DNA from: Octopus vulgaris | Taxonomy: Eukaryota | DNA length: 64,000 nucleotides | NCBI GenBank assembly: GCA_951406725.2 | Contig: OX597815.1 | Coordinates: 25,854,001-25,918,000, forward strand | Reading direction: 5' to 3' | Shown here: one piece after another, positions 56,556 through 64,000 of the stretch | Layout: every line of letters begins with the position of its first letter | Position numbering within the stretch: the stretch's first letter is position 1 | Notes under the pieces: generated by a model | Told to the model about the DNA's origin: nothing | The model's input: the letters and a program-made list of their open reading frames with translations, nothing else | Databases searched by the model: none | Made by a program: the position numbers and the translations under genes

Positions 56556-58120
56556 TATCCTTAACTGCAACTTATAGTCACGATACGATTCACAACAAAC
56601 ACAATAGTATATCTGGTTCAGCAAGGAAATGAGCGTACGTATGGATGAGCGACGGACGACGTTAAAAGATAATAGTGTTATTGTGCTGTAAGACAAATAG
56701 GTGTGTATTATAGCATTAAAAATAATACTGAAAAGAAAAAAAACGCACACACTGAATTTAATATCCCCGGAGTTGTAAGACGTGGCAAATAAATACGTGT
56801 GTTCATTTTATAACAGAGGAGGTTGGGACATTAACTCTTAGTCAACCTCTACTAATATTAGATTTTACACTGTAGAAGCACTATCTATATAATTAGAAAA
56901 ACACCCCACATAAAAACACATATACGCTTGTATACGCTTTGCAATAGTTTCGTGCTCACATGCAAAGGTAAGGGATTGAATGGCCGAATTATTGAACGTT
57001 CATATTAGTGAAATATTACATAAAAATGCATTGTGGATGGCATTACTATCTGTATACATTGTAAGAATGGTGATGAATGAATGTACAGTTGCAATAGCAG
57101 CCACAACACAAGGAACGGAAAAGCAACAAAACCGCCCACAAGAACTAATACAACTACCATCATTGCCACAATCAGTTTCAGTAACAACTATGCCACCACC
57201 ACTATCACCACCAACAACGATGATTCACATCTTACCGCTCCAGTAAAGAACAAGATAATGTGATCCTATATACTCGGAAGATATGCAGAGAAATAAAAAA
57301 AGAAAAAATTGATAACGGGACGGTCACAGCTCGAAGATCTTTGACTACCGATCTGCTCGATTAGGAATGACTTATGTCTATATATATATAAAACAAAAAA
57401 CATTGACGACGACGGTACGTCCCATTTCGAACGGAATGATCTGATGTACATCAAGTTTCCGTAGTGGTGGATCTAGATTAAATTCGGATAGCTGGTCATT
57501 TAGTTTGACCACCAAATAGATATCATCCTTCTTTAAAGCAATGGATACTGAAAACGGGAACAAAAGAGCCCATTCTGATGGTGACCTCCAATATTAACGA
57601 AAACTTTCTACTGATTTGAATTGATAAGAATCTCATTGAAGCCAGATACGTTAATCACGTATGTTGCGGATGGATTTTTCTTGGTTCAAGCAGGTCTGTA
57701 TTTTCCCGACCACACTATCAGTTTGTTAGCAACTTGGCTTTGGCTTAAATCTTAAACTCGGTAATTAGCAGAGTTACGGACTGGAAATTATCAATTATAC
57801 CTCTCTTGTTCGCCTCCTTCATTAGAAATTACTCTCTCTTCCGTCTCTTTTGATGACAGTAAGTCTCTTTCGTCTCTTGATGGCAGTGTTACCTTAACAT
57901 AGCACCTGAGTCTTCAGACATCCAAGGTAACTTTCATCTGAACTCTGCTCGTGTTGTATATAGTCGTGATCATTAGGAGGCTTTGTGATGAACTGTATTA
58001 AGGGAAGCCAATGTAGTTTCTCTGGTCTGTCCATGTTCTTCCGGGAAAATCTTCACTCACTTAATGTTTGTTTATATAAGCGACACATCATGTAATTTAG
58101 TTTCACGCCACCCTATATAA

Positions 58121-58325
58121 TACTCTTTTACACTTTTACTTGTTTCAGTCATTTGACTGTGGCCATGCTGGAGCACCGCCTTTAGTCGAGCAAATCGACC
58201 CCACGACTTATTCTTTGTGAGCCTAGTACTTATTCTCTTTTGCTGAACCGCTAAGTTACGAGGACGTAAACGCACCAGCATCGGTTGACAAGCGATGTTG
58301 GGGGGACAAACACAGACACACAAAT

Positions 58326-58358
<33 letters not shown>

Positions 58359-58532
58359 CATATATATATATATACGACGGGCTTCTTTTCAGTTTCCGTC
58401 TACCAAATCCACTCACAAGGCTTTGGTCGGCCCGAGGCTATAGTAGAAGACACATGCCCAAGTTGCCACGCAGTGGGACTGAACCCCGGAACCATGTGGT
58501 TTGTAAGCAAGCTACTTACCACACAGCCACTT
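58121..58532 (-). mobile_element. SINE B
   Basis: Near-consensus reverse copy. Confidence 0.85.
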
Positions 58533-58533
58533 C

Positions 58534-58572
<39 letters not shown>

Positions 58573-60177
58573 TAATAATAATTATAATAACAACATCAGC
58601 AACAACAACGATGAGGATGATGATGACGATAGCAGAATTTTCATCATTCACAAATGATGGAGCTTCTTATTAAATCTATCCAGTATGTGGCTGTTTTGAA
58701 CGATATTGGGGAGAGAGATTGCAAAATGTAAACTCTGGTAGGATTGACTCAAAATATAAAGAGACGTGATTGAATGAGGCAAATCTGAGCGGCACTTTGC
58801 TGGTTTTCCCATTCACTGTATAATTAATAAAGCTTAAGATAGTATCAATAATTAATAAAAGAAATACTTGCACAAGGCCACACAATTTGTGGGAGGGTAT
58901 AAGCGATTATATCGTTATGTTATAGATTCTGGAAAGAAGACGTCGGTGAGATTTGAACACAGTACGTAAAGGATGTAAGTAGATATCGCACGGTATTTTA
59001 CTCCAGCCATTTGCCGTTGTGCCAATCACCGCCATTACACAATAATAAAAATAAGAAAAAAATCTATGACAGAATCAGTCATATTTTACCCTCAAGGCGT
59101 TTGTCTCAGTTCCTGTTACAATTTCCAGCTAATATAGTAAAAACTCTTGTCTACTTTCAATTATGCGTAGACGGCACAATTACTTGAATATGAAATCAGC
59201 TTTACGAGTATCACGTGATTTCCGTTCGGCGGTGTTTTGGACCGAACTTGTGCACGGTATCTTTTCGATCGTCGACTTCCGGCAGTTTAATCAGGCCTAC
59301 TTCCGACTCTGCGGAAGCGATGCGTGTTTAACTGTCATCATCTTTTTGTCCACCACATCGAGTGGTGCCGGTAACAAAAAACAAAATAAAAAGTTGAGAG
59401 TTGTAATAAGAACAAAAAAAAATGTGTAAAAAAAAATAATAATAAAAAGAAAAATGGAACTGGCGGAACGAAACGGTTTTATAGAAAAAGATACAGATTG
59501 TTCTGGAAGAAAACTGGTACGAGTGGCGAGAGTGAATACATACATACATACATACATACATACATACACACACGAACACACACACACATATATGCATACA
59601 TGCACACACACATATATATATACATATATGTATGTATATATATACATATATATATATGTATGTATATATATATATACTTCTTTGCGTGTGTGTATATATA
59701 TATATATATATGTCTATGTATGTATATATATATATATATATATATATACGTGTGTGTGTATGTTTGTGTGTATGTAAGAAGGGAAAGAGAGAGAGAGAGA
59801 GGGAAGGAGAGAGAGAGAGAGATGGAAGGAGAGAGAGAGAGAGAGAGAAGGGGAGAATGCGAGTATAACCAGAGAATTCGAGAATTGGAATCAAGCTGAA
59901 AAGCTCAATAATATTTGATAACCGAAGATGTTGCAGAAACCCTAAGAACCTAATCGAGACAATACCTACTAATTATCATTGACTAAATTAATCAATGTAA
60001 TTAGTGTATATCAGTTATTTTTTGTTTGTTTGTTATCGCTATTTAATATTCCAATTGTTTTATTTGTTTGTCATTATATTTTGTGTTGTAATCTATATTT
60101 TAGAAGTTCGATAAATGTACCTTCTAATTCATGTATCGTTATCCGGTAGTTTGCATAATATCAGTCGTAATATATCT

Positions 60178-60281
<104 letters not shown>

Positions 60282-61007
60282 GCACGTACCGGACCACAGA
60301 AATTTGCACGTATTAACATTTAGATTTGCCTGTATTAACATTTAGATTTTTGTGGCTTCCACACAAAAGCTGATATTTTAAAGAAGGGCAAATGTAAATA
60401 CTTTTTTCATTCACGGCGTTGTTAGTGTTTCGTCCCAAGTAATTCTCGACCAAGTAAACCTATAATGAAAAGGCTTTCAAACTGTGACCTTCCCGCCTTT
60501 CGTTAATCTTTAGAATTACATATTCCGTATGTTCTTTCTGTTAACGAAGTAAGATGCTGTTTGATAGAGATTTCGCGTTTCTTCCTAACAAGACGAGCAA
60601 CCACAGAGCAGCTTTCTTTCATATTAGCTGCATATGTGTATTAAGCAAAAAAGAACTTTGTATGGTATTAGTACTACGGTGCCATCGCAAAGTAGGTTTC
60701 TTTATTAGCAATTATAACCTCTGCGAGTTCACTGAGTATTCTCATTCTGACTTCTTTCGTTTAGAGATATTTATGTTTCGAGTAATAAAAACTTAGTTGC
60801 TTTATCATGCAAGCAACATCGGTGTTGGTTAATATACTACAATATGCAAAAGACATTAAAAGTGGAAGATGACCGATGGAATAGGTTTTCTACATAGCAG
60901 CATCACGCCTTTCAATTCACCATATATCCGTCATGTAATCTTTATACTTTGTGTACTTTCTGTAGTCTATATTTTCTGTAATTTTTATCTCCAATATAAT
61001 TTCTTCT

Positions 61008-61755
61008 CGCAGGTGGCTGTGTGGTAAGTAGCTTGCTTACGAACCACATGGTTCCGGGTTCAGTCCCACTGCATGGCACCTTGGGCAAATGTCTTCTACT
61101 ATAGCCTCGGGCCGACCAAAGCCTTGTGAGTGGATTTGGTAGACGGAAGCTGAAAGAAGCCCGTTGTATATATGTATATCACCGTGATCACCGTGATCGA
61201 CCAGGCTATCAGATATTGCTACACATCGCTGGTCACAATGCGCTTCGCATTGTTTTTAGCCTTCAAATGACGCTACCCCGCTGGCTAAGCAAGCAGGCCA
61301 ATAGAAGAAAGAGTGAAAGTCGTGGTGAAAGAGTACAGCAGGGACGCCACTGCCCCTAACGGAACCTCGTGGAGCTTTAGGTGTTTTTTTCGCTCAATAA
61401 ACACTCACAACACCCGGTCTGGGAATCGAAACCGCGATCCTACAACCGCGAGTCTGCTGCCCTAACCACTTGGCCATTGCGCCTCCACACACACACATAT
61501 ATATGTATATACATACGTTTACATATATATATGTGTGTGTGTGTGTGTTTGTGTGTCTGTGTTTATCCCCCGAACATAGCTTGACAACCGATGCTGGTGT
61601 GTTTACATCCCCGTAACTTAGCGGTTCCGCAAAAGTGACCGATAGAATAAGTACTAGGCTTAAGTCCTGGGGTCGATTTGCTCGACTAAAGGCGGTGCTC
61701 CAAAATGGCCACAGTCAAATGACTGAAACAAGTAAAAGACTAAAAAAGTAAAGAG

Positions 61756-61757
<2 letters not shown>
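61008..61757 (+). mobile_element. SINE B interrupted by minus-strand SINE C (61180-61487)
   Basis: B head to ~61167, then C in reverse orientation, then the B 3' half from ~61540. Confidence 0.85.
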
Positions 61758-61841
<84 letters not shown>

Positions 61842-62073
61842 GAAATAAAAAATAAAAATAATGGTCATACTAGTTCCGTGAGAGACGATAGCATGTCCGC
61901 GGTCAATAAAGCTAACGGCCTAATCAGCAGAACAACAGAAGGTGAGCAAATGTTATCAAGCAGCGGGAGCACTTGATGATGATTGCTTTAGTATTGAAGA
62001 GTATTATTGAAATATCTGAATAAAAAAAGTTGTGGCAAACACATGGTTATAGGGAAAATATATCCTTACAAAT

Positions 62074-62352
62074 AACCGACCGACCAACCAACCAACCAAC
62101 CAGCTGACCGACCGACCGACCAACTAACCAACCAACCAACCAACTAACCGACCGACCGACCAACCAACCAACCAACCAACCAGCCAACCAACTGACCGAC
62201 CGACCGACCATCCAACCAACCAACCAACCAAACCAACCAACCAACCAACCAACCAACTGTCCGACCGACCGACAGGCCGACTGACCAACCAGCCAACCAG
62301 CCAACGGACCAACCGACCGACCGACCAACCAACTAGCCAACCAACCAACCAG
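62074..62352. repeat. Degenerate (CCAA)/(CCGA)n tetranucleotide repeat
   Basis: Read directly. Source of the LVGW-repeat ORFs. Confidence 0.92.
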
Positions 62353-62962
62353 CTTATGAGCCACATAGTGTCTTGATCTAAAATCCAATTCTTGTTGCAG
62401 TCTGTACAATGATTACAAAGAAAATGAAAGTCGTCCCGTGGGTTGAGTAAATATAGCTAAAAAGAAAAAGAAATAACGCTAATATGTTTTTATGTCGTAA
62501 GAAAAAGTGGTTAAGCTTTCAAAGTGGAGCAAAATCGGGGCCATGTCTAGAGGTTTTGTCTCTTTACGCAACGCAAACGGCTACTGAGGTAACTTTAATA
62601 GACTGCACTTCTAATAAGGCACATCGTCGATAACTTTTCGACTTCTTGAATTTTATCTTTAGAGTTTTTTTTCCCGCGTTTGACTTCAATAATGATTATT
62701 TCCTAAGGTTGTGTGATGAAGGAATTCGCTTCGCAACCGCATAGTTTTGGGTTCAGTTCTACCGTACAAGTGTCTTCAGTCCCCTGAAGAAGTGTCTTCT
62801 ACTATATAGCCTTGGGCTGACCACTGCCATGTGAGAGGATTTGGTAGACGAAAACTGTGTGGAAGTCCGCCTTCTTCCCTTCTTTCCTGAGCGTCCAATA
62901 ATATTTTATTTGTTCCACATCCTTGCGTTGTTGTCTTTTTGTTTTCTTGTTTGGATTAACTT

Positions 62963-63011
<49 letters not shown>

Positions 63012-63726
63012 CTGTCTGTGTTTATCTCTCACCGTCTGAAATTACGTCCCTGTAACTTGATAGTTCAGCATAAAAGACACTTCTAGAATAAGTGACTCAC
63101 TTAAAATAAGCACTAGGCATATCTCATTGACAAAAAAAAAAATCAAAAAACAAAAAGAAGATACCTTTCAAATTAGCACCTCAGCATGGCCGGGGTGCAA
63201 TGGCAAAAACAAGTAAGAGAATAAAAGAACGTACTCTTCACAGAGAAGTAAAACAAAGAAAAGATGTAAACTTCGGTTTCAAGACAAATTAGTAATCTCC
63301 GCTTTGCAGTCCTATTAGGAGATAAAAAGAGTAATTAGCGAAAAGATAATCGAAATGGTGGATAAAGAAGAATGAAGTGAGAGTGGATCTTTTTGTTTAC
63401 GACTTAATGATCGACTGACTTTTAACCTCGCCTGATAAGATAGAACCCTGTTTTATTCGTATATAAACTTATCTTACAATATTTACATCTTCATTAAGCT
63501 TTGTTTTTTTCCCTTCCCCCAATAGTTAAGGAGGAGCATTGTTCCCTAGAAAAATTTTTTTTTATTCCTGAACTAAGCGTTATACAGTTCTTATTCACAT
63601 GATACATACATATTTTTGAATTAAGACATGTGATAGCGACCAGAGAGAAGAAAGCAAATTAAACAAAGCAAATGTAAATATAAAAAATATTTCAACTCTG
63701 AAAATATGATTAAGAGTATATATATA

Positions 63727-63933
63727 ATGTGACCGCGTGTGTACCGTTGGCGATTTTTCCCCTCCGTCTTCCCTTCTCTGGATCTTACCTTTTCCTATGT
63801 TTCTGACGAAGAATTCCGCTCGAAACGTTAAACCCTCCTTCTTCCCTTCCTTCCTGAGCGTCCAATATAGTACTATATTTGTTTCACGTCCACGTTCTCG
63901 CGTTTTCTCTTTGTGTTTTCAATGTTTGGATTA

Positions 63934-63937
<4 letters not shown>
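63727..63937 (+). mobile_element. ~210-bp hammerhead-bearing element, third copy
   Basis: gttt-CTGACGA-a-gaattccgctc-GAAA-cg-TT-aaac at 63799-63833. (TA)n lies on both sides. Confidence 0.7.
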
Positions 63938-63986
<49 letters not shown>

Positions 63987-64000
63987 GAGTGTGCGAGTGT

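Noticed and set aside
57600-58050. Possible L2/RTE remnant (KLHWLPL on the minus strand)
   Set aside because: Single short motif. The surrounding translation does not continue the pattern.

Overview
AT-rich, very microsatellite-dense eukaryotic DNA in which I recognise no host protein-coding exon. The repeat families suggest an Octopus genome, but this is inferred from repeat content only. The window is a nest of retroelements: (1) a 5'-truncated CR1-clade LINE with an uninterrupted ORF2 (10.7-13.0 kb, minus), the only long real ORF; (2) fragments of R4/Dong-clade and Tx1-clade LINEs lying in specific microsatellites; (3) several Penelope-like element (PLE) fragments and short PLE-derived units carrying recognisable hammerhead ribozymes; (4) a Ty3/gypsy gag-protease remnant; (5) dozens of copies of three tRNA-derived SINE families, labelled A, B and C here for convenience. 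Nearly all ORFs in the supplied track are microsatellite artefacts. The most interesting patterns are a SINE with a Tx1-like tail that appears to insert into its own head and build arrays, LINE families that each seem to use a different microsatellite target, a ~210-bp hammerhead-bearing non-autonomous element with fixed ends, and a pre-miRNA-like hairpin in unique CpG-rich sequence. All calls were made by eye, and boundaries are approximate to a few tens of bp unless TSDs are quoted.
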